Assembly (NCBI RefSeq): GCF_036321535.1
Contig: NC_087441.1
Location: 6,138,001 to 6,202,000, forward strand
Length of the DNA stretch: 64,000 nt
Reading direction: 5' to 3'
Origin: Camelus dromedarius
Lineage: Eukaryota
Under the pieces are notes generated by a model, which saw nothing but the letters and a program-made list of their open reading frames with translations, did not search any database and had not been told where the DNA came from. Positions 36,117-48,619 of the stretch are shown here, piece after piece (position 1 is the stretch's first letter; each line of letters starts with the position of its first letter). The position numbers were made by a program, and so were the translations under genes.

Positions 36117-38624
36117 CTCACCTGAGAAGTGACTCCATACAGACCTAGTCCACATTACAAATTAATCATGTTCCTCCAAGTTAGTTCTACTTATAAATGC
36201 TTTTCAATAGTGATAAGTCAAAAAGCCCTTGGAAATAACACGGTGTCAAAGGATCAGCGATGCCTCCTTTTCACCAGTTGGGGTCCATTTATCACTTCAC
36301 CGCTACTGGATATACTTTACACTCATAATACAGATATTCTGTCCTACTTAGTGCCAACTGTCAAACTCTCCAATGAGTATAGAGTAAGTTTCTTTCAAAA
36401 CACCCTCAGTCTTGTGCTAGTAAGTGGTTGAAAGGAATCTGTGGATGTGTGGATCAAATCCTGAAGATGCTACAGATGGATCTCTGCTAATGACATATAT
36501 GTAATTTCATGTCTAAATTGTTTCCTTAGGGTATTGAACTTTCTATGAATACTAGCACATTATTGGCTCTAGATCAATGTTTTTCTTATAAATTTCACAA
36601 TGTTAAAAAAAAAAAGTAATGGATTCAGTAGGTGTGGGTTTTAGTTCAGATGTTGTGCGTACTTTGAGTCAGAAATTATCATATAAGCTAAAATATTTGT
36701 CTTCTTTTAGAAAAGGAATTGTATGCTTAAATGCTCCTGAAGTGTATCATAAATAAAATGAATCAAATAGAGTTATTTCTTACAAATTCCTTAGTTAATG
36801 AATGGAAAGAGGAGCACAGGGTGCATGTCCCATCAGAATTTGAGACTGTGACAAATGTAGTCAGCAAGAATTTCTGTAGCGTTATTGGACTTTGTCCATA
36901 GGTTAACTTCTTCCTAGGTAAAATATTATCATAGAGGTAAAATTGCTTAACTAAATTAAATAGATACGTATTCCATCATCAAATCAGAAAATAGCCAATT
37001 ACTTAAGAGCAATTTATTTAAAATAGAGAAGTAATTTATGTAGGTCAGATCATCCTATACCACTCTGTTACTAACTCCCATTGCCACTGATCATTTTATT
37101 AGAATTTTTAATTAAGAATGGAGCTAAATTGTATCATTCTATAACTATTTGTTGTGCAGCAACTCTGGACAAGATACTGTGCTAAATTCAGGAGATACAG
37201 ATGCGTGAAGGGGAGCAGGCAGCGCTGAGGGTCTGTAAGAAGGTCTGAAGGGGCTGGAGCCCGCTGGGGCCCATGACTCACAAGGCGTAACCAGCCAAAG
37301 ACCCCTGTCAGGACAAAGCCCCACACTGAGGGGAAGTTTACTCAGGATAGAGAAGGGGAAAAGGGAAGAAGAGATAGTCCAGTTAAAAGTGGGGTCACAG
37401 AGTCGGAAGATCACAGAAAGTGAGCCCCCACGTTGTTTAACACTGTGCCCCAAACTGAAGAAGAAACTCTAGCGCCATTAAGAGCTGTTCTGAATCCTTC
37501 TTCTTTCTAAGATTTCAGAACTAACTTCATATAAAGAGGAGCAACAGAAAGGGACAAATAAAATCCCAACAGAGAAGAAACAAGGTTAATTCTCACACAG
37601 AGTGTTTAAGGGGATAGAGAGAGTGAAAAACAGAATAGCATCTTGAGAGACAGTGAGAGCATGTCAGCCGATCATGCTCACCAATCAGGTGAGAACCGAA
37701 ATAACTCTTCCGAAGGGAACTAGGTTTTTAAGAAATTATGCAAATAGGAATAAAAAACAACGGATACTGTCTTAAGAGAAATAGAAAGTGAAAAGAAACT
37801 TCTGAAAAATGAAAATAAAGTAAGATAAAGGATTCCAGAGAAGTTGACTGATCACTATATGAGCTGAAGCTACGAGCTATTATGGAACATTGTAATTCTG
37901 TCATTCTCTGTGTTCCTGAGAACCAATGTGGAAGAAAGGAGACACAGATGTAAAACAGCAAATATTAAGTAAAAGGCCTGTAGTTCTGAAGTACCTACCC
38001 TCTTAGCAAATTTCAAACATACAATATAGTATTGTTGACTGTATTTTTGATGCTTACTTTACATCTCCAGAATTAGAACCATCATGCAAACCTGGAACTT
38101 TCTACCCATTTTGGAGAGGCTAAGACAGAAAAGTTAAACAGTCCAGTGGTACAGAGCTGAGCAGAAGGGTTCAAATGAGTATTTATTGGATCCATGTACA
38201 GTAATACGAGGGGATGCTTTGTGCCAAAGCCACAGAGGGGTGGGAGTGACTGAGGAAGGTCTTGCTTCCGCATCAAGGCTGACAAAACCCCCACTCAGCT
38301 TAAGTCCAGCTTCCTGCCTACTGTGCACTTGCAGCTAAGTGCTGGTGCAGAAAAGCAGACAACCCTATTTCCTTGTAAGCGGATCATCGCCGACCCAGGT
38401 GGGCTGTCAGGACTGCCCAGCGCTAATCCCAACTCCCTCATCCCTCCCCTCTCCCTGTCTCGTTCATACCCTCCCTTCTCGAGTTTCCAAAGCCTCCTTT
38501 GTCTGCTCCTGGGCCTCAGTACTCGGCCTTCCTTCCTCTTACCGAGGATGGCTGAGCTTGCTCTGGCCTAAGCCGAGCCCTCTTCTCTTCCCTTAGCTCC
38601 CATTCCCCAACCTGCTCACCAGCA

Positions 38625-39075
38625 TCATCAGTGTGCCCTCCTCTCCTCGCTCCTTCCCATTGGCTCACACACTGTTATTTTCCCGTTTTCAGAAAGTCCT
38701 CTACAGTCCCACAGCCCCTCCAGCTGCTATCCATGTCTCTGCTGCCCTTGTCAGCCAAACTCCCAGAAAAAAGCGTCCGTGCTCACCTTGGAATCTGTCT
38801 CCCCCAGTTTTCTCTTGACTCCATTTCCATGACTCTACTGAAATGGCTCCCGTCAAGACAGCAGTGGCGTCTGCATTTCTAACTCCAGCCGGTGTTCGGT
38901 GACTGGCTTATCTGCAGCCTTTGACACAATTTGTCATGACACACACATCCTCCTTGAGATATTTTGTTCCCTTGGCTTCCAGGACGCCCACCTTCTTCTC
39001 ATTTTCTACCTGCCTCACAGGCTGCTGTTTCTCAGTCTCCTTTCATCCTGGCTCCTTCTCGTCCTCCCCACAAAG
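38625..39075 (+). mobile_element. L2 ORF2 (reverse transcriptase) relic
   Basis: Track ORFs give LSAAFDTICHDTHILLEIFCSLGFQDA and, in a shifted frame, FSTCLTGCCFSVSF, matching the L2 RT motif LSAAFDTVDHSLLLETLSSLGFRD...SYLTGRSFSVSF. Confidence 0.8.
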
Positions 39076-39659
39076 GTTAGATAATCTCACCCAGTGTCTT
39101 GGCTACTGAGACAACACAGAGTCACACTGTCAAACCAGACTTGCAAGGATCATACCTATAACCTAGCGTCAAGCTTTACTAATAACTCCAAGGATGCTGG
39201 TGATGATGAGTCACAGACTAATTACAGAGCAGCTCACCTCATTCCACGCAGCCACCCAGGTCCTTTCTCAGCACAGTGGGATGTCCTCTAGGCAAGATGC
39301 AATATATGAAGTCTCCGGGAAGTTCATGGAATGATCACTAACCTGAAATCTCTCAGTTAAATAAACTGTCTCATCATTCATCACTTGATGAAATGTCTTC
39401 ATTTATCCCTTCATAATTGCATAGCTTCTGACATTTTCAGAGAGCCTTTATCTCATAAATTCATATATTCTAGTTTGTTTAATGTAAGCAAACAGACCAA
39501 GTGTTTCCTGCTAAATGCATTTCATAGATAAGAACTCTTTTCTAGTAAATGCTATTGTATAAATGTACCATTAGCATATTTACAAGAGAATTTGACCAAC
39601 TCATCTTTCTTTTTCTCCTGGGGTCAGAAATATGAGAAAACAAATGGAAGGCTGGATGC

Positions 39660-39841
39660 TAACCCTTTCCTTTCCAGCTCTCCATGCACCTATGACTTCA
39701 AAACTGGTGTCTGCAACTCACATCTTTCTCCTAAGCTCCAAGGTCATTCAATTAGCCACTCAACATTTTGACTTAGCTGTGTGATAGGTCATCAAACTGA
39801 ATATGAGCACAATAGAAATAATGATTCCTTTTCTCAACTCC

Positions 39842-39889
<48 letters not shown>

Positions 39890-40730
39890 CTGTCTTCTGC
39901 CAGGTCTTTCCCTCTCAGTACTAGTCTGTCCTGCTCTCCTGCACTCCGTCTGCCCTCTGTCCTCTCAGGGATAAACATCACTTCATGCTTGACTCCTTTT
40001 CCTCTCACACCATGTACCAGTCTGCCTTTACAAATGGCCATTTCTATCTTCAAAATAGATCCAGAACTCAACTGCTGATCCATCCCCACCTCCACTGTGA
40101 CTTTCCTGGTTCAGGCCACCACCATCTCTCACGTGGATCGCTGATTTAACCTCCGACCTGCCTCTCTGCTCCCTGCTCCCATCCGTGTCCCCAAGAGTCT
40201 GTTCTGAATATATCAGCGAGATGGCTGAAATATTAGTCAGATTATGTCATCCACAGCTCAGACGTCTCCAGTGGCTACCGTGTCTCTCAGAATAACGGGC
40301 ACTCTGCCTCAGATGCACTGGCCTCTTTTTGGCCCATCAAGCCACCCAAGCACATGGCAGCCTCTGGACCTTTATAATTCTCTGTATTCAGCCTGGAAAG
40401 CTCGTTCCCTCAGGCCCCACATGGCTTGCTTTTCTGATCTCCTTCAGATGTTGGTTTAAATGTACCTTCTTTATAAGACATTCCCTATTCCCTGATCACC
40501 TCTTTAAAATTGCAATTCCCATCTTCCCTGGAATCTGTCTCTGTCTCTTCTCAGCTTTTTATTTCCTTCCACTTATCGCCATCTGAAATGTGATACAGTT
40601 TAACCTTCTGGTTTCTACTGTTATAGTCTTGAGGATGAGAGCAGAGATGTCTGTTTTGTTCTTGGCTGTGTCCCAGGACCCACAGGAGTGCCTGGCACGT
40701 AGTAGGCTCTCAATAAATGTTGCCTAGATT
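39660..40730 (+). mobile_element. L2 (L2a-like) 3' portion, probably the same element as the RT relic
   Basis: CATCTTTCTCCTAAGCTCC...TTCAGGCCACCACCATCTCTCACGTGGA...CAGATTATGTCATCCACAGCTCAGACGTCTCCAGTGGCT...GTGCCTGGCACGTAGTAGGCTCTCAATAAATGTTG. Confidence 0.8.
39844..39887. repeat. Perfect (AC)22 microsatellite
   Basis: 44 uninterrupted alternating bases. Confidence 0.97.
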
Positions 40731-41245
40731 AATTCATAGTGGTGCACATCCATTTGACTTGATCTGAGTTTAGAGGAGAATATGATCAAGTAATGCAAGG
40801 AGAGCAGTAACTATAGGCTGCAGGAAGGAAAACCTAGGCAAGTGTGCTGCAGAGCTGGAGTTTTAACCTGCAGGCTGGGGAAGCCGTGAAAGGGAATGAG
40901 CCAGGCAATGGCACAGAGGAATGAAGTCAGGGATGAAAGGAATCGTGCTTGGAGAACAATGATGAAAAGAAAATTGTGTTCTTTAACGTTAGTCGTTCTA
41001 GTCAAGCTGAATATGCTCACTGATACCGTGTGGGCTGCTGACAATGACCGGGGCTGGAATATTGGGACTTCTGAACAGAGGCATGAAAATATACTATTTG
41101 ACGGGATTGATAATGATGCACTGCAAGTGTCCATAACCTAAAAAATAGCTACGTTCCCTGAAGTGGGTATGAAGTAAGTCTATCAAATGCAGTTGGTAGA
41201 AGTAGTGCTAAAAGCCAAACTTGGAAAAGTCTATTTTTTAACACA

Positions 41246-41284
41246 AGAAATTAACACAACATTGTAAACCAACTATACTTCAAT
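41246..41284 (+). mobile_element. ~40-bp L1 3'-terminal stub
   Basis: AGAAATTAACACAACATTGTAAACCAACTATACTTCAAT matches the last bases of the L1 copies at 52340-52385 and, reversed, 59713-59750. Confidence 0.7.
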
Positions 41285-41545
41285 CTGAAGAAGGAGAAGA
41301 GGAGGAGTCTAGCTTCTGAGGACAAATCTCTAGAAATACAAGGAACAAACGCCCCGCTTCTCCGCTTTGCCGGCTGGGACTGGGAGGCGTTCTCCTCTAG
41401 GTTGGACCATAGCTTATCCGCTCCCTGCCCTCCACAGTTTTTACTGATACAGATTAACCAGAAAACCCCAGAACCACAGCTCTGGGGAAACAGCACACCA
41501 TAGTGTATATTACATCACTTTTACAAACTCGCTTTCTTCTTGCAG

Positions 41546-41695
41546 TACAACCGGTACCAGCAGTACGGCGCCGAGGAGTGCGTGCTGCAGATGGGGGGCG
41601 TCCTGTGCCCCAGCCCGGGCTGCGGAGCCGGGCTGCTCCCCGAGCCGGGCCAGAGGAGAGTCACTTGCGAAGGGGCCAACGGCGTGGGCTGCGGG
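41546..41695 (+). CDS. PRKN: Parkin coding exon 9 (150 bp, phase 0 to 0; N-terminal half of IBR domain)
   Basis: Acceptor gctttcttcttgcAG at 41544-41545 and donor GGG|GTGAGT at 41696. Translates [50 protein letters not shown], matching human parkin 312-361 with IBR zinc ligands C332/C337/C352/C360 intact. In frame with exon 8. Confidence 0.98.
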
Positions 41696-43208
41696 GTGAG
41701 TACCAGCCGCACCCCTGGGTGTCGACTGTGCTAGATTTCTTCATTCTTAGCAGAATGTATACTGGATGGAGAAATATGATTTTCTGGTTTAATTGCTATC
41801 GGAGTGTTTAAGGCGTGAATCACGAGGTCAGCCTTTTAAACTTCCTCCAGCGCCCAGCTAAGTCAGAGCACAAAGGTATGATTTCTTCTGAGCTGGCTTT
41901 CAGTAGACGGGAAGGAAGGAGAAAGAGAAGGCCTCATGTTAGCGTGATGTCTGGGCCACGCTGTTTGCCTGTGTATTTCAGGACGTAAAATGAAGATTAA
42001 TATGGAAAACTTGAAATGTTGTTGTGTCGTAAAAATTATTTTGAATCGAGATGAGCAAAACTAATGCGGCCTCTTCAGGAAGCGGAATAAGAAATGTGGA
42101 AAATGTTTGTTCTAAGAGGTCAACCAGTGTGACCTCCACGGCTTCTTGAATGGCTCTGCGGCTGCAAACCGACAGCCAAGGGCGAGAAAGCGTAACTCAA
42201 ACGCAAAAAGGCTGACTGAAATATAGGTGAAAATGACAAATGGGCAATAAGCCTGATACTACATTTCATGCAGGCCAGAAAAGGAAGGAGTGTGTATGCT
42301 TATAAAACGCTATTGAATTTTTATGGGAAAGCATTTCTTTTAAAATTGCCACTTCATGAGCAGCTCTGGGAAAGGAGGGGTGTGGATGGCACACGCGTTT
42401 CACCCAGCCCTCATTTTTGGCTGCGCCCTTGTCGGTTGCCTATGCATAAACTGGCATCTGTCGCTCTTGGTAAAGCTCCCTCTGGGTCACGCGGTGCTGC
42501 TGACCAAGCCCTGGGCTAAGCGATAAAGTAGAGGAAGCGGAAGGCGAGAAATGATGAGATACCACAGTGCCTACGCGGAAGGAAACACTTCTGGGGGCAT
42601 AATGGTGGTTGCGTTAGGATGAAAACTCCAGTCATGTTTGGGAGCCTTAGGAATAATGTAAATCAAACTCTCCTTCCCAGCCTCAGTCTTCGTCCTTTAC
42701 TGTATAATCTGCAGGGATTGCGTGTGGCCGAAGCCAGCTGCCAGATTCTGGGATCAGAATTCCTAGAAAATGTTTTCTCTTGAAATGACTTATGGTGGTT
42801 TTTAACTAATGGTTAAACTATATACTTCTGTCTATGAATTGCTCCCATCATTCCATTCTGTTCAGCTGAGGGGGGGTCTCCTTGGCCCATCTTCTGCTAG
42901 TTGCTGTTCGCCTTGCTCTAAGAATTTGGAAGGTTGATGTAATTTTAAGTCTTGAACATCTTTTTCTTCCCTTGTTTTACACAGTGTAACATTATAAGTA
43001 ACACACATATTTAAACTCCAAATCATGGGAAATTACTTCAGAAGTGAATTGAATTGCTTTACTGTCTTTGGGTGAAGACAGTTTGGAGGCAAACCTTACC
43101 TAAAGAAGGATGGCTGTCTTCAGAATATCTCTTTGTCTTTGGAAATTCTAGGTAGTGAGTTTTATCTTATTTTCATTTGTTCCATTTTGTTATTTGGGGA
43201 AGCGTGCT

Positions 43209-43757
43209 TATGGGTTTATCTATTACTTATCTCTTCCTATGTAAAAATAACCCCAAATTTTAGCCATTGGATTAATAAAAATTTGTTGCCTTGCAGTTTC
43301 TGAGGCTCAGGAATTCCTGAGTTGCTTAGCTGGGTGGTTCTGGCTCAGGGTCTCTCATGAGATTGCAGTCATGCTTGGTTGCAGTCAACCGAAGGCTCGA
43401 ATGGGGCTGGAAGACCCACTTCCAACATGGCTGATCCACATGACTGTTGGCCAAAAACGCCTTGGCTCCTTGCTGGCTATTGACAGAAGGTCACAGTCCC
43501 TCACCACATGTCCCTCTTCTTAGGCTATTTGTCCCCAGAATGGCAGCTAACTCACCGAGAGCAAGTGATAGGAGAGAGAGAGCAGAGAGGAAGCCATGGT
43601 GACCTGCTCTCCAACGTTGTGTGCCATCACTTCTGCTCTGTGCCACTTGTTAGCACTGAGGGGTTGGATCCAGCCCACCTGCAAAGGGAAGGAAATCAGG
43701 TTCCATCTTAGAGGAAAGTGTACCTGGGAATTCATGGACGTATTTTGAACCACTATA
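43209..43757 (-). mobile_element. MaLR LTR (MLT1F/G-like)
   Basis: GTTTATCTATTAC...AACCCCAAA...CAGTTTCTGAGGCTCAGGAATT...GCTTAGCTGGGTGGTTCTGGCTCAGGGTCTCTCATGAGATTGCAGTC...CCAGCCCACCTGCAAAGGGAAGG...TATTTTGAACCAC. Confidence 0.85.
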
Positions 43758-44039
43758 GTTTGTAATCTGAAGAAGCTGAGAAAAGAATGGAGTGAAATTC
43801 TTCTCTAAAGTCTGCACCTAAGCTCATACTTTCCTTTACCTCCCACCTTTTTTGCCTCAACCCCCATTGAAAATGCTCTTTTTCTGGCTTACATCAATTC
43901 CCATTGCTTTAGCTTCTCAAATGAGATACACTGACCTCGTCACTGTTCTTTGTCTTCAAATCCTCAACTTCCACGAAAGGTATTAATCCAACATGTTAAG
44001 GATGTTACATGCCTTTGGAATTCTGTAGTGGTTACAAAG

Positions 44040-44240
44040 AAGGCTGAGTTCTATGACGTAAGTCTGAATCCTGGCTCCACCAACTACTAGTGCTCTTAAT
44101 CTTTCTGTGCCTCGGTCTCCTCACCTCTAACATAGGGCATAGTATAAATTACGCTGCATAAGACTAGTATGAATATTAAATGAGCTATTTGGTGTGAAAA
44201 GCTTAAAACAATGCCTGGCATAAAGTGCATATTTATTTAA
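44040..44240 (+). mobile_element. MIR SINE
   Basis: GTCTGAATCCTGGCTCCACCAACTACTAG...TAATCTTTCTGTGCCTCGGTCTCCTCACCTCTAACATAGGG...TGAATATTAAATGAG...AAAACAATGCCTGGCATA. Confidence 0.85.
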
Positions 44241-46314
44241 TGTTTAATTAAAAGCTTAATCAATGTTTATCAAAAGCTCACCTAAAAGACCCAATATTCA
44301 ATGAAAATTACTTACAAGACATTTATTTGATCTTATCTTCCAAATATTCTAGAATATACCCCTGAATCAAGCCAGACCTAGCGCAGGGAGTTAGGTCCCT
44401 AGGCCTCACTATCTTAGCCCTTCAAATACTTGCTCTTCCTACACTGTAATTTAGGGTGGTGTCATTTGTTCATATTGTGGTCACTGCAGGGGGAACTTGA
44501 TGTGTGTGGTTGGGGACATCTCAACGAGCTCTTCTGTGAGGAACCATGGTGCCTATTGCAGGTCTGATATCCTTGTCCTGAGGAAAGTTATCCTTGAGGA
44601 CATCGTGAATTGTGCAACTCCTGAGGGTTTCCTCTGAAAGCTGACTCCTAGCAAACCTAGAACCACATCTGTGGGCCATCTATCACAAAGAAATGGGCAT
44701 AGAATGGATTTTGAAGCTTTTTTCCTGGATTCACATTCTTGCTTCTTTCTCTTCCCCTTTCCCTGGTAGATGCTGTCTTGCTGTGATTTGTACACCTTAT
44801 AAGCTGCCAGTCTTTTCTGGCGTTAAGGGTGGTGATGGAAAGCTGCTATGTGGAAGAAATTGTGGGCAGTTTATGTTGTTTCAGAGGCAGAACAGGGCCC
44901 AGGAAGTAGGAGTTAGGGGAAGATGAATCTCTGCTCAGCCTCTGCTCCAGCACCATGGACAGCAGCCGCAAAACGGGCTGCCTGGGGAGCAGCGAGCCCC
45001 TCACCCTACTGAGGGTTCAAGGAGAGCCGTTGACTGCAAAGCTATGGAAGAATCTTAGAGTCTTGAACATGGTTCTCAGGTTGTAGTTCACAGGTTTATC
45101 GTAAGATATCTGCACAGCCACCTGTGGTTAATTTTTCCTTGACTATCACCTCTTGTTATGTGGGTATCCAAGAAATGCTTGATGTTACAAAAAGGATCTC
45201 ACGTGTAAGAAAGATCAAGAACCAAATTCCCTGTCATTCACAGAATTTAAAAACTCAGCCTTCCAGGAACATTGTGACGTGCCCATGGACACGCATTTTC
45301 AGACCTGAGACACACCTGTATGCTGAGCTCCAGACCAGGTAGTTCTCAGCTTCTCATCAGTCAGCCCACCACTACGTGCCTGGATGGTCCCCTGAACAGC
45401 CACGATTATTCATGTGCACAGTTTCCCTCTGAAGACACAAACTTCAGCATTTTGATGGTCTTTGGATTTTTTAAAATAGGTGCTGAGGTCAGAATTTATG
45501 ACTCTTTTATTCAAACATACAGTCATGGTCACTGGAAAATCACATTAGCTGACCCTTTGCTCTCCTGTACCCTAGACTTAACTATTACCCAGAGAGCGGT
45601 GTCCATTAGCTAATAAAGAAAGATAAGGATTTCCATTTAAATGATAATGTCAGTCCATCCAGGAAAGGCCTGATAGATGCGTGATGGTCACAGGAAAATT
45701 TTTACCGTTATAGAGAATTATTTGAGCTTAAGTACCACTTCCCAGGATTCAAGTTCAAGTGTCTCACTTCTTTCGTGCCTCGATGTTCCTGTCCTCACTC
45801 TCAATATTCTTGTTCTCGGTAAATTCATGCATGTGGAGTTCAACATTTATTGAATAAGTGAACAAATGAAATGGATCTTAACAATGAAGAAGTAAGCTGA
45901 GCACACTGTCACTTTTATTTTCAAATATTAATCATCACTGACCCCAGTATTAGAATTGCTTACCTTGCCTCAGCAAAATTTCTTCAAAAAATATAAAATA
46001 TGCAGTGTTTTACTTATACACGTAATACACAATTTAAAACACCAAAATATATGAAGTTCAGAGATCCACAGAAAGTCACTTAGGAAGCTAATCGAAGGCT
46101 GCCCAGTCGCATGAAGACTCCCTCAATTCTGGTACATCAGATGTCTTAGTGTAGGAGCACCAAGATGCTAGCTTTGACACAGTGCAGAATATTTGCACTT
46201 GGATAAACAGAATTCAATGAAGAATATGTTTGAGGTTCAGAAGCGTGACCTCTCTCTCTGCTAACCCTTGATCGTATTTTTACCACTGCTCATAAAAATA
46301 TTAATTGATTTCCC

Positions 46315-46360
46315 AAGGAATTCATGTTACGCATCATAAGGAATTCATGTTACGCATCAT
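46315..46360. repeat. Perfect 23-bp tandem duplication
   Basis: AAGGAATTCATGTTACGCATCAT at 46315-46337 and 46338-46360. Confidence 0.97.
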
Positions 46361-48253
46361 TCTTTCTCTGGCCTTATTGCTATTCATCAGAACTATCTCG
46401 CTAACTTTTATAGTGCCGATGTGAAATGTTGACACGTTTACTACTGGAAAACAGCAGCAAAATATGGAATACATTATATCCCCTGCCCTGGGAATATAGA
46501 AAGCCATGGCAGTCAAACCTTGTGAGTTTTCTATAAATAAAACATCTTTATCTTATTTGGTGTTGTTTGGGGATGTTCTATGTCTGAGAGAGAATTTCTT
46601 AAAATAATAGTAGGAGTTGAATGAAGAGTTTTCTGTTATAAATTAGAAATTCAAGGACAAGATTTAACAACCGAAAAAAAATTTTTAAGCATTTAAATGG
46701 AAACCAGAGATTTTTTTTTTTTAAATCGTTCAACTGACCACTAGTTAGGGAAATAAGATAGAATCTCTTAAGGCATCTATAATCACTCTTCCTTTAATGA
46801 GTAGTGTGTGTTGCTCTGGGGCTGATTTGTTGAAGAGCTAATGAAATGTTCACCTTGGACTCCTCACTGGCACAGACCCCCTTCCAAGCCCTCTTAACCA
46901 AGCTTGTATTCTTGCATTGTTTTCCTTGAAGAGGGTCTCAAATATTGTAGAACCTAAAGTTACAACAGCTCCACCAAGCCCGGACCCAAACCCAAACAGG
47001 GACAGGGTGCGACCTGCTCCATGCAAAGAAATTTTTGTTGAAACTGCTTATAACAATAGCATTAATGTATTGTTGAAGATTTTAATTAAATGAGAGTGTG
47101 AGCCTCATTTTCAGCCCTTATATAGGAAAGGAGTTGATGTGAGCAAATTAAGATACTTATCCTTTCACTCAAAGAGCTAACTCATGACTGAGCTAAAACT
47201 TAAATTAATAAATAGATGGGGAGCCCTTTTTTAATATGTGGGGCTCAGAAATAGAAAGCAAGTAGATATTTAGCAAGTCAATATTTAATAATAAAAGGGA
47301 AAAAAGATGCCTCCTTTTCCCATTCTTTAAGGCTATTTTAATTTTATAAAAATACATAATTTAATCAAATGATGTGAAGTATTTTGAAAACTATGTAGAG
47401 TTCTCACTTTTTCCAAGAAGAATAGAGATTAAAAATCTAGACTCCAAGTCTGTGTAGTTTATATCGTAACGCTTTCAAAAAGACACCGGAAAGAACAGGT
47501 ATTTTTCATGAGGCCCAGACGTGGGTGTGTCAGCACTAAGCTCCAGGCTGTAACCCCACCCCTCTTGCTCGATCGCCTGGCCTTTCCCTCACGTATAGCG
47601 TGGAATCTTATCTCGCTGACACACTATTTTTTTAATACACAAAATGTTCTTTATCAAAAAATGTTTTAAAAAGAAAGCTAATGTAATGAAATGTCAGAAA
47701 TATGCATTCCCTGTTTATTTGACAAGTGTCCAAAAATCTAATTTAAACTCTGAGATTGGCTCATTTGCAGAGTGGAAATAAGTCTTGCTAGACTTTCTGC
47801 CTGTGGGATGGCTTGAAGTGCAAAGATGGAAAGCTTTGGAAAGTATTTATTTTAATTAAAGAAACCGTTCAGAAATGTACAAACAAGTTCTGCATGCCAT
47901 TCCTCTGGAAAACGTTTATCAGTTAACAAATGTTCCTAGAGAATACTCGGCAGTCTGAAATAGAAATACATATTTTCTAATCCAACACAGACCATTGACC
48001 TTCCCACGGGCCCCCAGCTATTTTTTTGTTAAAATAAGGGAAGTGTGAAATAATTATACTCTTCCAAAATGGTAATCTCCATCTCTTTGAATAATGTGTG
48101 AGGAAATCAGTTTGGTGACAAATTGAAGGGAGAAGCCTTCTTTAGCTCTACCAGCTACAAGAGAGCTCGGAACATTCCAGAAAACAGGCTTCTACTGAAG
48201 ATAACATGCCTTCAGTGCATTCACGTTGATTCTGCCCTCTCCTCAGTCTCGGG

Positions 48254-48452
48254 CTGTGTATCCAGTATGGTAGCCACCAGCCACAAGTGTCTATATAAAT
48301 TAAAATTGAGTAAAATTTAAAATTAGTTTCCTCAGTCACCATAGCTGTATTTTAAGTGCTCGGTGACCACACGTGGCTTCCAGCTACTGGACTAGACAGT
48401 CAGACAGAGCATATTTTCCTTCATATCACAGAAAGTTCTATTGCACAGACAG
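48254..48452 (-). mobile_element. MER3-like hAT-Charlie MITE
   Basis: TCCAGTATGGTAGCCACCAGCCACAAGTG...TTCCTCAGTCACCATAGC...TTTAAGTGCTCGGTGACCACACGTGGCT...CACAGAAAGTTCTATTGCACAG. Confidence 0.85.
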
Positions 48453-48586
48453 AATATAAGACGTCACACAAGGAGCTGCGTGCACACACTCAGAGTTTCC
48501 TGGGTCTCAACCATCAGCACATTGACATCCTCAGTTCTAGTTAAGAAGAAGAATCTTTCCAGAAATTAAAGCAATTTCCTAAGTAA

Positions 48587-48619
48587 AATAATAATAATAA
48601 TAATAATAACAACAACAAC
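48587..48619. repeat. Compound microsatellite (AAT)7(AAC)4
   Basis: Direct read. Confidence 0.95.

Larger units (their letters stand above)
27190..41545 (+). other. PRKN: PRKN intron 8 (14,356 bp, GT-AG). 1-27127 is the 3' part of intron 7 and 41696-64000 the 5' part of intron 9
   Basis: Bounded by the GT donor of exon 8 and the AG acceptor of exon 9. No sequence resembling exon 7 or exon 10 (FAFCRECK...) was seen, consistent with the very long flanking introns of PRKN. Confidence 0.93.

Noticed and set aside
28657-40730. Oppositely oriented L2 blocks in intron 8 as an RNA duplex influencing splicing
   Set aside because: The copies are too diverged and appear to be different subfamilies; no extended complementarity is visible by eye.
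43306-43321. Perfect 16-bp palindrome CTCAGGAATTCCTGAG
   Set aside because: About one is expected by chance in 64 kb, and it derives from a near-palindromic MLT1 consensus segment.
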